Assembly (NCBI GenBank): GCA_963666055.2
Contig: CAXWPH010000015.1
Span: 1,792,001-1,856,000, forward strand
Source: Acidobacteriota bacterium
Lineage (GTDB): Bacteria > Acidobacteriota > UBA890 > WLXD01
Length of the DNA: 64,000 nucleotides
Direction: 5' to 3'
Both the position numbers and the translations under genes were made by a program. The notes beneath the pieces are model-generated. The model was not told the DNA's origin. It did not search any database and saw only the letters and a program-made list of their open reading frames with translations. Positions 38,814-49,236 of this stretch are shown here, piece by piece. The first letter of the stretch is position 1; every line of letters begins with the position of its first letter.

Positions 38814-40340
38814 CTAGCGACAGGCGGAAACGGCCGCGTACATGGCACGCAGAACCTCTGTGCCGAGCACGAAGCCGCGCTCGTGCAGCTGCTCCCAGAG
38901 CTCGTGCGCCTCGTCGCCGCGACCGCTGCCGTGCAGCGCCAGCACGAGCTCGCGATACCATTCGGCCAGCAACGACACATCTTCCGTGAGCGGCGTAAGG
39001 AGCGCCAGCGCACCAGCGTGATCGCCCTGGCGACGCAACACGATCGCCAGACCGAGACTCGCCCGCTGCTCCCCCGGCGTCCGCCGGAGCGCCGCCCGGT
39101 ACTCGCCGCTCGCCCGCTCCAGATCTCCTCGGAGCAGGAGGCCGCCTGCAGTCCGACGATGCTCCCGAGCATCCGACAGAGCCTTGAAGCGCTCGAGCAA
39201 CGACCCTCCCGCGGAATCTCCCTGTCGCATCAGGATCGTGCCGAGCACGAAAAACGGTTCCGGGTACCATGGATGCTCCTGTACCAAGACCCGCGCCTCG
39301 GCGGCGGCCTCGGCGTTGCGACCAAGCTGCATCAGCAGTCGTGCCCGAAACCCTCTGGCGTTGCGCTCCACGGTGCCGCGGCTCTGTCCCGGCGCCGGGG
39401 TGGCCTCGGCCAGCCCGACGATCGCTTCATCGATCTCCGCCAGAGCATCTTGCACGCGTCCCTCACGGTTGAGCAGTCGCGCTCGCTGGGATCGGGCGGC
39501 GCCGTTATCGGGCTCGCGCGTAAGGATCGCGTCGATCTCCCGAAGCAGCGCGTCGCGGTCGCCGAGCGCATCGAGCTGCACCACGAGCCGCACGCGCGCC
39601 GCCTCCAAATCAGGGGCGATCTCCAAGGCGCGCCGAAACGCCGCGACTGATTCGCGCGGCTGTTGCGCCGCCGCCAGGGCGCTGCCCAACCGCACCCGCA
39701 ACATGGCATCGTCGGGTTGCAGCTCGACGGCCGCCCGCAACCAGCGGGCCGCGGCCTCCGGATCTTCGTCCTCCTCGGCCAGTACGGCGGCGCTGAGAAG
39801 CGGCCTGTCCCAGTCAGGAGCGGCCTCGGCGGCTTTCTCAACGTAGCGGCGTGCCACCTCGAGGCGTCCGAGCCGGTAGCAGAGCTCGCCCCGATAAAAC
39901 GCCGCCGGCGGAAATCCTGGCATGGCGCGCTCGGTCGCGTCGAGGGCCTCGGCGGCCGCCTCCCATTCCTCGAGCTGAAGCCAGACCTGCGCCAACTGGT
40001 AGTGCACACGGCCCGGTTCGGGCGTCTGCTCGAGCGCCGCGATCAGATGCGCCACCGCCTCCTCGGCACGGCCGCCAGCATAGAGAGCGCGACCGAGATG
40101 GTAGCGGACCTGCCAGTTACGCGCCTCCAGTAAAGCCGCGGCTTCGAGCTCCGCGATGGCCTCCTCCAACCGTGCCGCGTTGAGCAGCTGTATGCCGCGT
40201 TGCAATCGGGCATCGACCTCGTCCTGTCCGCTGCCCGGCGCACTGAGCGCCAGCGTGGAGATCAGCGCCAGAGCGATCGCCGTCGACCGCAGGGACGTCG
40301 CGGCGCAGTGCCGGCCGCCGCAATTCCTGACGTCCTCCAT
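38814..40340 (-). CDS. Secreted tetratricopeptide repeat protein
   Basis: Signal-like N-terminus; repeated (Y/R)xLG..A...(L/I)xP helical pattern; start uncertain (40340-40364). Confidence 0.8.
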   Translation of the reverse strand: MEDVRNCGGRHCAATSLRSTAIALALISTLALSAPGSGQDEVDARLQRGIQLLNAARLEEAIAELEAAALLEARNWQVRYHLGRALYAGGRAEEAVAHLIAALEQTPEPGRVHYQLAQVWLQLEEWEAAAEALDATERAMPGFPPAAFYRGELCYRLGRLEVARRYVEKAAEAAPDWDRPLLSAAVLAEEDEDPEAAARWLRAAVELQPDDAMLRVRLGSALAAAQQPRESVAAFRRALEIAPDLEAARVRLVVQLDALGDRDALLREIDAILTREPDNGAARSQRARLLNREGRVQDALAEIDEAIVGLAEATPAPGQSRGTVERNARGFRARLLMQLGRNAEAAAEARVLVQEHPWYPEPFFVLGTILMRQGDSAGGSLLERFKALSDAREHRRTAGGLLLRGDLERASGEYRAALRRTPGEQRASLGLAIVLRRQGDHAGALALLTPLTEDVSLLAEWYRELVLALHGSGRGDEAHELWEQLHERGFVLGTEVLRAMYAAVSACR

Positions 40341-40504
40341 CCTCAACCGAAGTCTGAGCCTCACCGGCAGGATCGCCTCGCATCCACGGGCCGGCGATCT
40401 GGTGAGCCGGCCCAGTACACCTATAGACTACATGGATGCCCGTCGGGCAAACCCTGGTCGGAGTGCCGCGCCGCGCATCGCCCGGTGCCGACTCCAAGCC
40501 ATTC

Positions 40505-42958
40505 ATGACCCACTCCACTGCCAGCTCGTTTCGTCGTCGACCCGGAGCCGTTCGCGCCGCGATCACCCTGGCGATCGTGCTCTCATCGACCCTCATCGGA
40601 TATCTGTTCTGGCGTCTCCCGGGCTCGGCGCCGGACCTCGCCTCGCGGCGCGGCGACCGCCAGATGAGCGTCGTGCTGGTGACGCTCGACACGACGCGCG
40701 CCGATCATATCGGCGTGTACGGCTTCGACGAGGTCGACACACCCGTTATCGATGCGGTAGCCGCCCGCGGCGTCACCTTCATGCGCGCCTACGCCTCGAC
40801 GCCGCTGACGCTGCCCTCGCACACCTCGCTGTTCACCGGCACCCACCCGCCCTACCACGGGGTGCGCGACAACGGCGCGTACGTCGCCGCGGAAGGGCTG
40901 CAGACCCTGGCCGAGAGCTTCCAGGAGGCCGGCTACCGCACCGGTGCCTTCGTCGGAGCCTTCGTCCTCGACTCGCGCTGGGGCCTGGCCCAGGGGTTCG
41001 ACCGCTACTTCGACGAGTTCGAGGCGCCCGAGCACCGAGAGATCGATCTGGGCCACGTGCAGCGTCCCGGATCGGAGGTCATCGACACCGCCCTGGCGTG
41101 GGCCCGTGAGGACGACACCACCCCGTTCTTCATGTGGGTGCATCTGTACGATCCGCACGCCCCGTACGAGCCGCCCGAGCCCTTCAGGTCACGATACGCC
41201 GATCGGCCTTACGTCGGTGAGATCGCCTGGACCGACTCCCTGGTGGGCAGGCTGACCTCGTGGCTGGACGACTCCGGCCGCTCCGACGAGACCTACGTCG
41301 TGGTGACAGCCGATCACGGCGAGGGTCTCGGCGAGCACGGGGAGAGCGAGCACGGGCTGCTGCTGTACGAGTCGGCCATCCGGGTGCCGCTGATCATCGC
41401 CACCCCATTCGACGAGCCGCGGGGCATCCAGCGCCACGAGCCGGTCTCGTTGATCGATGTCATGCCGACCGTGCTGGAGTTGACCGGGCTGGAGACCCCC
41501 GAGCAGGTGCAAGGCAGCAGCCTGGTGCCGCTGTTCACCGAGGACACCGAAGTCGAGGGCTGGCCCGGCGAGCGTGTCTATGCCGAGACCTTCTACCCGC
41601 GCCTCCATTTCGGCTGGAGCGAGCTCCAGGCGATCCTCGAGCCCACCTACAAGCTCATCATCTCGCCCGAGCCGGAGCTCTACGATGTTCTGCAGGACCC
41701 TGGAGAGCAGCAGAACCTCGTATCAGCGCGCGCCGCCACGGCCGAGGCGCTGCGCCGGGAGGCCGAGGAGCTGGTGGCGAGGCTCGAAGAGAACGCCAAC
41801 CCGGCGGACACCGTCACGCTCGACCAGGAGACTCTGCAGCGGCTCGCCGCACTCGGGTACATCGGCACCTACAGCGCCGACGCCGACGACCCGGACGCCA
41901 AGCGCGCCAACCCGAGGGACAAGATCGGGATCTACAACGACCTGCTCCGGGCCCGCGGCCTGACCCTCGGCAACCAGCTGGCCGAGGCCGAGGTGCTGCT
42001 GCGGGGGGTCATCGCCAAGGATGCCGGCGTGGTCGATGCGCACCAGTCGCTCGGTAGCCTGCTCTTCGAGCAGTTCCGCTACGAGGAAGCAATCGAGGCC
42101 TTCGAGACCGCACTCTCTATGAGGCCCGAAGACGCGGGCCTGGTGCTGCATCTCACCAAGTCGCAGATGCATGCCGGTCAGATGGACGCGGCCGAGGCAC
42201 TGTTGCTGGACGTCATCGACGTCCTGCAGCCGGATGTCCGGTTCTACATCAACCTCGGGCAAATCAAGCAATCCAAGGGGTCCTACGACGAAGCAGCAAC
42301 CTACTTCAACGAGGCGTTGCGCCTCAGCGAAGGCAGTCTGGCGGACATGCCGGGGCTGCTGCGAACCGCACCCAAGCCGGTGGACAATCTCAGGGGCGCC
42401 GCGCACCTCGGGCTCGGGGCCATCCAGCTGGCCGCCGGCCGCCCGCGCCTGGCGGAGGAACACCTGAACCTAGCGCGTCGCTACAACGATAGCCTCGCTG
42501 ATCTGCACCTCCATCGCGCCTTGCTGTTCGAGGCCCGAGGACAGCCGGACGAGGCAATCGCCGCCTACCGTCGCGAGCTCCAGAACTCGCCGCGCAACAT
42601 CAGGGCAGCAATCAACCTCAGCGTCATCTACCGCAACCGCGGCGACCTCGTCGGGGAGGAGCGCTACCTGCGTCTGGCCCTCGAGATCAACCCGCAGTTC
42701 ACCCGTGGAAGCCTGTTTCTGGCTCGCATCCACCTGGTGAAGAACGAGCGCCTCGACGAGGCCCTGTCGCTCGTCGAGGGGGCGCTGGTGCGAATGGAAT
42801 CATCGACGGCGCGTCGGGTGCCGCAAGAGATCACCAGGCAGAACCAAGCGCTGGGCCATCTTTTGCTCGCGGATATCTACAATCGACTCGGAAGAACCGA
42901 GCTCTCCAACCAGCACGCGCGTCTTGGGATGCAGCTCCGAGACGGGACACAACGCTGA
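40505..42958 (+). CDS. Membrane-anchored sulfatase-like (alkaline phosphatase superfamily) protein with C-terminal TPRs, paralog 1
   Basis: TM helix; LDTTRAD, PLTLPSHTSLFTG, HLYDPH, ADHGE, ELYD, LAALGY, followed by TPRs. Confidence 0.88.
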   Translation: MTHSTASSFRRRPGAVRAAITLAIVLSSTLIGYLFWRLPGSAPDLASRRGDRQMSVVLVTLDTTRADHIGVYGFDEVDTPVIDAVAARGVTFMRAYASTPLTLPSHTSLFTGTHPPYHGVRDNGAYVAAEGLQTLAESFQEAGYRTGAFVGAFVLDSRWGLAQGFDRYFDEFEAPEHREIDLGHVQRPGSEVIDTALAWAREDDTTPFFMWVHLYDPHAPYEPPEPFRSRYADRPYVGEIAWTDSLVGRLTSWLDDSGRSDETYVVVTADHGEGLGEHGESEHGLLLYESAIRVPLIIATPFDEPRGIQRHEPVSLIDVMPTVLELTGLETPEQVQGSSLVPLFTEDTEVEGWPGERVYAETFYPRLHFGWSELQAILEPTYKLIISPEPELYDVLQDPGEQQNLVSARAATAEALRREAEELVARLEENANPADTVTLDQETLQRLAALGYIGTYSADADDPDAKRANPRDKIGIYNDLLRARGLTLGNQLAEAEVLLRGVIAKDAGVVDAHQSLGSLLFEQFRYEEAIEAFETALSMRPEDAGLVLHLTKSQMHAGQMDAAEALLLDVIDVLQPDVRFYINLGQIKQSKGSYDEAATYFNEALRLSEGSLADMPGLLRTAPKPVDNLRGAAHLGLGAIQLAAGRPRLAEEHLNLARRYNDSLADLHLHRALLFEARGQPDEAIAAYRRELQNSPRNIRAAINLSVIYRNRGDLVGEERYLRLALEINPQFTRGSLFLARIHLVKNERLDEALSLVEGALVRMESSTARRVPQEITRQNQALGHLLLADIYNRLGRTELSNQHARLGMQLRDGTQR

Positions 42959-43149
42959 CGATGAACCCCTGCGCACCGATGATCAGACGAGCCCTGCAAC
43001 CTCGGCGGAGCAGCTTGCGGCAAAGGACCGGCTCGCCCCTTCGCCGGCCCACCGCACCTATAGACTAGTTAGAGGCGCGCTCGCACGGCGCTGAACAGCC
43101 CGGCCGAGGCGCCGCATCGATTGCATCGCCTACCCCGCTTCCTATCGCC

Positions 43150-45510
43150 ATGACCAAACGCACCCCCAGCTCGCGAAGCTGGCAAACTGTAGCTCTGCGC
43201 GCCGTAGTCGGCTTGGCGATCGTGACGGCGTTGGTCTATGTCGGCTATCGATTGTTGCCTGCGACGACGGCCGCACCGGACATCGCCGTGTTGCGCGGCG
43301 ACCGGCAGATGAACGTCGTGCTGGTGACGCTCGACACGACACGCGCCGATCGCATCGGCGCCTATGGCTACGACGACATCGAAACCCCGGCGTTCGATAG
43401 GCTGGCCGCCGAGGGCGTTATCTTCCTGCGCGCCTACTCGGCAACGCCGCTGACGCTGCCATCGCATACGTCGCTGATGAGCGGCACCTACCCTCCCTAC
43501 CACGGCGTGCGCGACAACGGCGCTTTCGTGGCGCCCGACGATCTGGATACACTGGGGGAGTTGTTCCGCGACGCCGGTTACCGGACGGGGGCGTTCGTCT
43601 CGTCGTTCGTCCTCGACGGGCGCTTCGGGCTGGCGCAGGGTTTCGACACCTACTTCGACGAGTTCGAGGTGCCCCGGACGCGCATGATCGCGCTGGCGAG
43701 CATCCAGCGACCGGGGTCGGAAGCGGTCGACGCGGCGCTGGCATGGTCACGGCAGGATCCATCGGCGCCGTTCTTCCTGTGGGTCCACATGTTCGACGCC
43801 CACACCCCGTACGAGCCGCCGCCCGAGTTTCGCGACCGATATCCGGGCCGCCCGTACGTCGGCGAGATCGCCTATGCAGATACGCAGCTCGGTCGCCTGA
43901 TCTCGTGGCTCGACAGCAGCGGCCGTCGCGACGACACCTTCGTGATCGTGGCGGGGGACCACGGCGAGAGCCTCGGTGAGCACGGCGAGATCGAGCACGG
44001 CTTCTTCCTCTACGAAGAGGCGATCCACGTTCCCCTGGTGATCTCCACACCGTTTTCGGCCTATCAGGGCGTACGTCGATCCGAGCCCGTGTCGTTGGTC
44101 GACGTCATGCCCACGATCCTCACGCTGGTCGGACTACCGATCCCGTCCGAGGTGCAGAGCCAGAGCCTGGTTCCGCTGCTCAGCGCCGACGCTGCCGAGC
44201 GCGCCGACAGCCTGGTCTACTCCGAGACCTACTACCCGCGGCTGCACTTCGGTTGGAGCGAGTTACGCGTCCTTCTGAGCCCCGAGTACAAGCTCATCAT
44301 GTCGTCCGAGCCGGAGCTTTATGACTTGGCATCGGACCCGGACGAGGCCGTGAACCTGTCGCAGCAGCGCGCCGCCACCACCGAGCTCCTGCGTCAGCAG
44401 GCCGACACCCTGGTAGCGGACTACGAGCAGGATGGCGGTCTGGCCGAGGCCGTGACGCTCGACGAGGAAACCCGCCGGCGGCTCGCCGCCCTCGGTTATC
44501 TGGGCAACTTCGCCGACTCCATCGAGGACGACGCCGAGATCCGGGCCAGCCCCGTAGACAAGATCGACATCTACAACGATCTCCTGAGGGCCCGGTCGCT
44601 GACGCTGCGGTCTGAGCTAGCCGAGGCGGAATCGCTGTTCCGTGGCATCATCGCTGCTGACCCCGGGGTGATCGATGCCTACCAGGCGCTCGGCAACCTG
44701 CTGATCGATCAGGGACGCTACCCCGAGGCTATTCCTGTCTTCGAAGAGGCGATCGCCCGAAACCCGGACGACATCGGCCTGGTGCTGTTCCTCGCCAACG
44801 CTCAGATGCGATCGGGGCGGGCCGATGATGCCGAGCGGGTGCTGACCGATTTCGCCGATGTGCTGGAACCAGACGCCCGGGTTCAACTCGCCCTCGGAGG
44901 CATCTACCACCGCAGCGGGCGCCACGAGGAAGCGATCGCGGCGTTCAACCAAGCGCTGGAGCTCGACCCCAAGATGGCTGGGGCGCACGTCGGGCTGGCC
45001 GGCACGTACCTGCAACTCGGTCGTACCGAGCTCGCCCAGCCGCAGCTGGATCGCGCCCAGGAGCTCAACGACGAGATACCGGAGCTGCACTTCACCTGGG
45101 CCCAGCTGTTCCAGCGCCGGGGTCGAATGAACGAGGCGATCGCCGCCTACCGTCGCGAGCTCGAGATCTCGCCCGAGCACCTGATGTCGGTGTTCAACCT
45201 GAGCCTAATCCACCGTAACCTGCAAAATCTGCAGCAGGAGGAACGCTACCTCCAGCTGGCGCTATCGATCGATCCGACGTTCCCGCGCGCCCGCCTCTTC
45301 ATGGCACGCATCCACCTGGTGCGCGGTCAGGGTTACGAGGAGGCCATCGAATTGGTCGAGGGAGCGCTTGCCGCGAGCGAGATTCTCGACCGGGATCGCG
45401 CTCTGGGTCACTTCCTGTTGGCGGACATCTACAATCGACTCGGCCGGGACGACCTGTCCCGCCTGAATGCCCGTCTTGCCGAGCGCGCGCAGGCCCGGGT
45501 CGGGAGCTGA
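43150..45510 (+). CDS. Membrane-anchored sulfatase-like protein with C-terminal TPRs, paralog 2
   Basis: Same motifs (PLTLPSHTSLMSG, GDHGE, LAALGY) plus TPRs. Confidence 0.88.
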   Translation: MTKRTPSSRSWQTVALRAVVGLAIVTALVYVGYRLLPATTAAPDIAVLRGDRQMNVVLVTLDTTRADRIGAYGYDDIETPAFDRLAAEGVIFLRAYSATPLTLPSHTSLMSGTYPPYHGVRDNGAFVAPDDLDTLGELFRDAGYRTGAFVSSFVLDGRFGLAQGFDTYFDEFEVPRTRMIALASIQRPGSEAVDAALAWSRQDPSAPFFLWVHMFDAHTPYEPPPEFRDRYPGRPYVGEIAYADTQLGRLISWLDSSGRRDDTFVIVAGDHGESLGEHGEIEHGFFLYEEAIHVPLVISTPFSAYQGVRRSEPVSLVDVMPTILTLVGLPIPSEVQSQSLVPLLSADAAERADSLVYSETYYPRLHFGWSELRVLLSPEYKLIMSSEPELYDLASDPDEAVNLSQQRAATTELLRQQADTLVADYEQDGGLAEAVTLDEETRRRLAALGYLGNFADSIEDDAEIRASPVDKIDIYNDLLRARSLTLRSELAEAESLFRGIIAADPGVIDAYQALGNLLIDQGRYPEAIPVFEEAIARNPDDIGLVLFLANAQMRSGRADDAERVLTDFADVLEPDARVQLALGGIYHRSGRHEEAIAAFNQALELDPKMAGAHVGLAGTYLQLGRTELAQPQLDRAQELNDEIPELHFTWAQLFQRRGRMNEAIAAYRRELEISPEHLMSVFNLSLIHRNLQNLQQEERYLQLALSIDPTFPRARLFMARIHLVRGQGYEEAIELVEGALAASEILDRDRALGHFLLADIYNRLGRDDLSRLNARLAERAQARVGS

Positions 45511-45515
45511 AGCCC

Positions 45516-47228
45516 ATGTCGACAGGCCACCCAGAGGCGCATCAACACAGTTCGACTCGATTGACAGCAATCGCCTCCTGGCACCGGTCTGTCCTGGTTG
45601 TGGGCGCGCTTGGCGTGCTGGTGGGCATGCACGCGGCGGCACCCTTGGCCCCGGTGACCGGCCGACTCGGATCGCCGGGGGTACTCACCAGCGCCCAGGA
45701 GCAAGCTCCCCCACCTGAGCTGAACGAGTTCCAGACCCTGATGATTGCGGGCGCCGCGGCGCTGCAGAACGGTGATTTCGAGGTAGCGCTGGAGGCGTTC
45801 GACGGCGCGTTGGTGCTCGAGCCCGACGATCCGGTGGCGCGCAGCCAGGTTGGACGGGCTTTGCTCGAGCTCGGGTACTCTGACGAAGCGTTGCCGCTGC
45901 TGAGCCAGGCAGCCCAACTGGCGCCGGACTTATTCGTCACCCAGTTCAACCTCGGGACCGCCCTGCTCCGGGTCGGGCAGCACGAGGAGGCGATCAACTG
46001 GTTGCGCGCCGCTTCGCGGCTGAATCCGGCGGTAGCGCTGCCGCGCTACGGCATGGCGCTCGCCTACGCGGCACTCGGCGACCACGCTCGAGCCATCACA
46101 GAGCTCGAAGAATGTGTGGCCGTGGCGCCGCAGACGACCGACGCCTGGTTGCTGCTGGGGCGACTCCTGACCGAGCACGGCACCGGACTCGAGGCGGTGT
46201 TGAAGGCCACCGAGGCTTTCGAGAAGGTGTTCGAGCAGCGCCCGCACGAAGGTGAGAGCTGCCTGGCGCTCGGCCGTGCGTATCGACGCTTGAACCTCCC
46301 GGAACAGGCCGTGAGCTTGATCGGAGATTGCGAGCGCGCCGGCATCGAGGATCCGCGGCTCTACCTGCTTAAGGCGAGGATGCAGTTGCAGATGGGCAAC
46401 TACACCGAGGCGCGGCCCACTTTCCTTCGCGCTGCCGAGGGACCACAGGTAGCCGGACCCTCCTACCTCGAGCTCGCCGTCATGTCGGACAACCAGGGCG
46501 ATTTCGACACGGCGATCACCGAGTACGAGACGGCGATCACCGAATACGAGCGCAGCACCGAGCTTCGCCTCCGGGGGATCACCGCCTACATTCGTCTCGC
46601 CGACATCTACGTCAAGCGCAACCAGCCGGAGGCCGCCGATGAGCTGTTGACTCGCGCCATCCGTGCCGTGCCGCGCAGCCCGTTAGTGCACAAGGAGCTA
46701 TGTCGGTTGCGTCGAGAAATGGGCGACCTCGCCGCTGCCGAGACGTATTGCCGGCGGGCTCTGGAGCTCAACCCCGACTTACTGGAAGGCTACTACACGC
46801 TGGCGCTGGTGTTGCGGGATCGTAGCAAGACCGACGAGAGCCGGCAGGTGATGGAACGCTACCGAACGCTCACCGCCGCTGACGACCAGGAGAAGCTGGA
46901 GACCAACCGCGCGACGGAGATCGGCCTCGCCAACATCCAGGGGCTGTACTACTTTCGCCGGGACAACCTCGAGCGAGCGCTCGAGCTGTTCGAGAGCGCC
47001 GTCGAGCTGGCGCAGGACGACTGGCTCGTTGCCTTCAACCTCGGCATGACGTACGCCGCGCTCAGCAACCACGAGAGCTCGGTGGTGGCACTGGAACGCT
47101 CGCGGCAGCTCAACCCGGGGCGCTTTTCGACCTACCCGTTGCTGGCTGCGGAGCTGCGCGCCCTCGGCCGTCACGACGAAGCGACGCGCATCGAGGCGCT
47201 CGGCCGAGATCTGGAGCAACGACCTTGA
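45516..47228 (+). CDS. Tetratricopeptide repeat protein
   Basis: N-terminal hydrophobic segment; multiple FNLG / ALELNP TPR units. Confidence 0.82.
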   Translation: MSTGHPEAHQHSSTRLTAIASWHRSVLVVGALGVLVGMHAAAPLAPVTGRLGSPGVLTSAQEQAPPPELNEFQTLMIAGAAALQNGDFEVALEAFDGALVLEPDDPVARSQVGRALLELGYSDEALPLLSQAAQLAPDLFVTQFNLGTALLRVGQHEEAINWLRAASRLNPAVALPRYGMALAYAALGDHARAITELEECVAVAPQTTDAWLLLGRLLTEHGTGLEAVLKATEAFEKVFEQRPHEGESCLALGRAYRRLNLPEQAVSLIGDCERAGIEDPRLYLLKARMQLQMGNYTEARPTFLRAAEGPQVAGPSYLELAVMSDNQGDFDTAITEYETAITEYERSTELRLRGITAYIRLADIYVKRNQPEAADELLTRAIRAVPRSPLVHKELCRLRREMGDLAAAETYCRRALELNPDLLEGYYTLALVLRDRSKTDESRQVMERYRTLTAADDQEKLETNRATEIGLANIQGLYYFRRDNLERALELFESAVELAQDDWLVAFNLGMTYAALSNHESSVVALERSRQLNPGRFSTYPLLAAELRALGRHDEATRIEALGRDLEQRP

Positions 47229-47261
47229 GCAGATGCTGCGGGCGCTCCCGAGGAGGCCCGC

Positions 47262-48698
47262 GTGTCGGCCAATGAGTACCGCAACCTCAGCCTGTGGCAC
47301 GACACGGTGCCAGAGCCGCTGGCGCCGCGCCCCGGCCTGACCACCGACGAACGAGTAGATGTTGTCATCGTCGGTGCCGGGTTCACCGGGCTGTGGACCG
47401 CCTACTACCTCGCTGAGCACCAGCCCGGCATCCGTATAGCCATCCTCGAGGCTGAGATCGCCGGCTTCGGGGCGTCGGGACGCAACGGCGGCTGGTGTCT
47501 AGGTACCATGGCCGGCATCGGCCAGCTGCTGCACGATCCGGCCCAGCGCAACGGCGCGATTCGCCTGCAGCGGGCGCTGTTCAACACCGTCGATGAGGTC
47601 GGGCGTGTCTGTGCGCAGGAGGAGATCGACTGTCACTGGGCCAAAGGAGGCAATATCACCGTCGCCACCTCGAAAATGTTCCACGCGCACGTCAGGGAAG
47701 AGCTCGACGACTGGCGGACACTCGGAGCCACCGAGGACGAGGTGCGCTGGATGGAGCCGCAGGAATGCGCCTCGCACGTGCGCACGGCGCGAAACTACGG
47801 CGGCGTGTTTCTGTCTGCGGTCGCCGCCCTTCATCCCGCCCGACTGGTGCGCGGGCTCGCTGAGGCGGTGGAGCGCCGCGGCGTAACCATCTACGAGCGC
47901 TCGCCGGCGTTGTCGCTGGGGACGCGCCGCGTAGTGACCCGCGGTGCAACGGTGACCGCCGACACCGTGGTTCGCGCCACCGAGGGATACACGCGCACCA
48001 TCGCCGGGGAAAAGCGCCGGCTGCTTCCCGTGCACTCGATGATGATCGCCACCGAGCCACTGCCGCCGTCCGTGTGGAAAGAGATTGGGTTCGTTGACCG
48101 CGTAACGTTCGGCGACCCGCGGCGCATGGTGACCTACGGTCAGCGAACCGCTGACGATCGCCTGGCGTTCGGCTGCCGCGGCGAATACTTCTTCGGCTCG
48201 AGGATCTGCGATCGCTTCTCGCCCGGGGATCCGGCATTCTCCCACGCGCGCGACGTGTTGGAGTCGTTCTTTCCCGCCGTCAGCGACCACCTAGTCACCC
48301 ATCGTTGGGGGGGCGCCTTCGGCGTGCCGCGCAACTGGCGCCCCGCTGTCGGCATCGACCGCCAGGCTGGCCTCGCCTGGGGCGGAGGCTACGTCGGGGA
48401 GGGGGTAGGAGCGTCGAACCTCGTCGGCCGCACCCTGGCCGACCTCATCTTGGAGCGCCAGACGGACCTCGTGGATCTGCCTCTGGTAGGTCCAGATTTT
48501 CGCAGCTGGGAACCCGAGCCACTCCGCTGGATCGGCTCGACGGTGCTGATGAAGATCGCCGAGTCGCTCGACGCCGCCGAGCTACGCGACCGACCGACCC
48601 CGCGCATCCGCAACGCCATCTTCGAAGCGCTGGTACGCAAGGAGACGTGCGGTAGCAGCACCTGCGCAAAGTGCCACGACGCTACGGCGCCGATCTGA
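47262..48698 (+). CDS. FAD-dependent oxidoreductase (DAO/PuuB-like)
   Basis: IVGAGFTGLW, GFGASGRNGG, LHPARL, RATEGY, GYVGEGV, WEPEPLRW. Confidence 0.88.
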   Translation: MSANEYRNLSLWHDTVPEPLAPRPGLTTDERVDVVIVGAGFTGLWTAYYLAEHQPGIRIAILEAEIAGFGASGRNGGWCLGTMAGIGQLLHDPAQRNGAIRLQRALFNTVDEVGRVCAQEEIDCHWAKGGNITVATSKMFHAHVREELDDWRTLGATEDEVRWMEPQECASHVRTARNYGGVFLSAVAALHPARLVRGLAEAVERRGVTIYERSPALSLGTRRVVTRGATVTADTVVRATEGYTRTIAGEKRRLLPVHSMMIATEPLPPSVWKEIGFVDRVTFGDPRRMVTYGQRTADDRLAFGCRGEYFFGSRICDRFSPGDPAFSHARDVLESFFPAVSDHLVTHRWGGAFGVPRNWRPAVGIDRQAGLAWGGGYVGEGVGASNLVGRTLADLILERQTDLVDLPLVGPDFRSWEPEPLRWIGSTVLMKIAESLDAAELRDRPTPRIRNAIFEALVRKETCGSSTCAKCHDATAPI

Positions 48699-49236
48699 CC
48701 ACCACACGGTCACCCGCCCTGATGAGGCCAGGCACGTCGACCACCCCGACCACGCCGCGCAAGTTCAGCGCGTGTTTGGGAAACATAGCGGCGACCACCG
48801 GACCACCGGCATGGGTGGTGTAGGCGGCGGCAATTTGATCCCCCATCTCGACGCAGGGCGGATTGCACTCCTCGACGCGCAAGACGGCTCCGGAGGGAAA
48901 GTGTAATCGTGTGCCCCGCGGCAGCCCGGACAGATTCGAAATGTCCTTGAAGCACAGGTTTGCTCCCAGCGTCGACGCGGCGAGCGGCTCCCGCAGGTCC
49001 ATCCGCTGCGCGATCAGCTCGATCTCCTCGATCGACACCGCTGACCACTGGCGCTCGTTCCGCCGCACGGTGCCGACCGGATCGACGTCGCCCTTGAAGG
49101 CCACACGCGAGTAGCCGCGGTGCTTGTCGCCGACGAAGCCATCGAGCTGCGCTTGGACTTCCGGCTGCTCGTCTTTGTGCAGGTCAACACGGTCACCGCT
49201 GTGGACGGATACGACCGACCCCGCGAGATCACTCAT
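48682..49236 (-). CDS. MOSC-domain protein
   Basis: GFVGDKH, RQWSAVS, LGANL, CNPPC, RGV..V...GLIRAGD. Confidence 0.8.
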   Translation of the reverse strand: MSDLAGSVVSVHSGDRVDLHKDEQPEVQAQLDGFVGDKHRGYSRVAFKGDVDPVGTVRRNERQWSAVSIEEIELIAQRMDLREPLAASTLGANLCFKDISNLSGLPRGTRLHFPSGAVLRVEECNPPCVEMGDQIAAAYTTHAGGPVVAAMFPKHALNLRGVVGVVDVPGLIRAGDRVVVRSAP

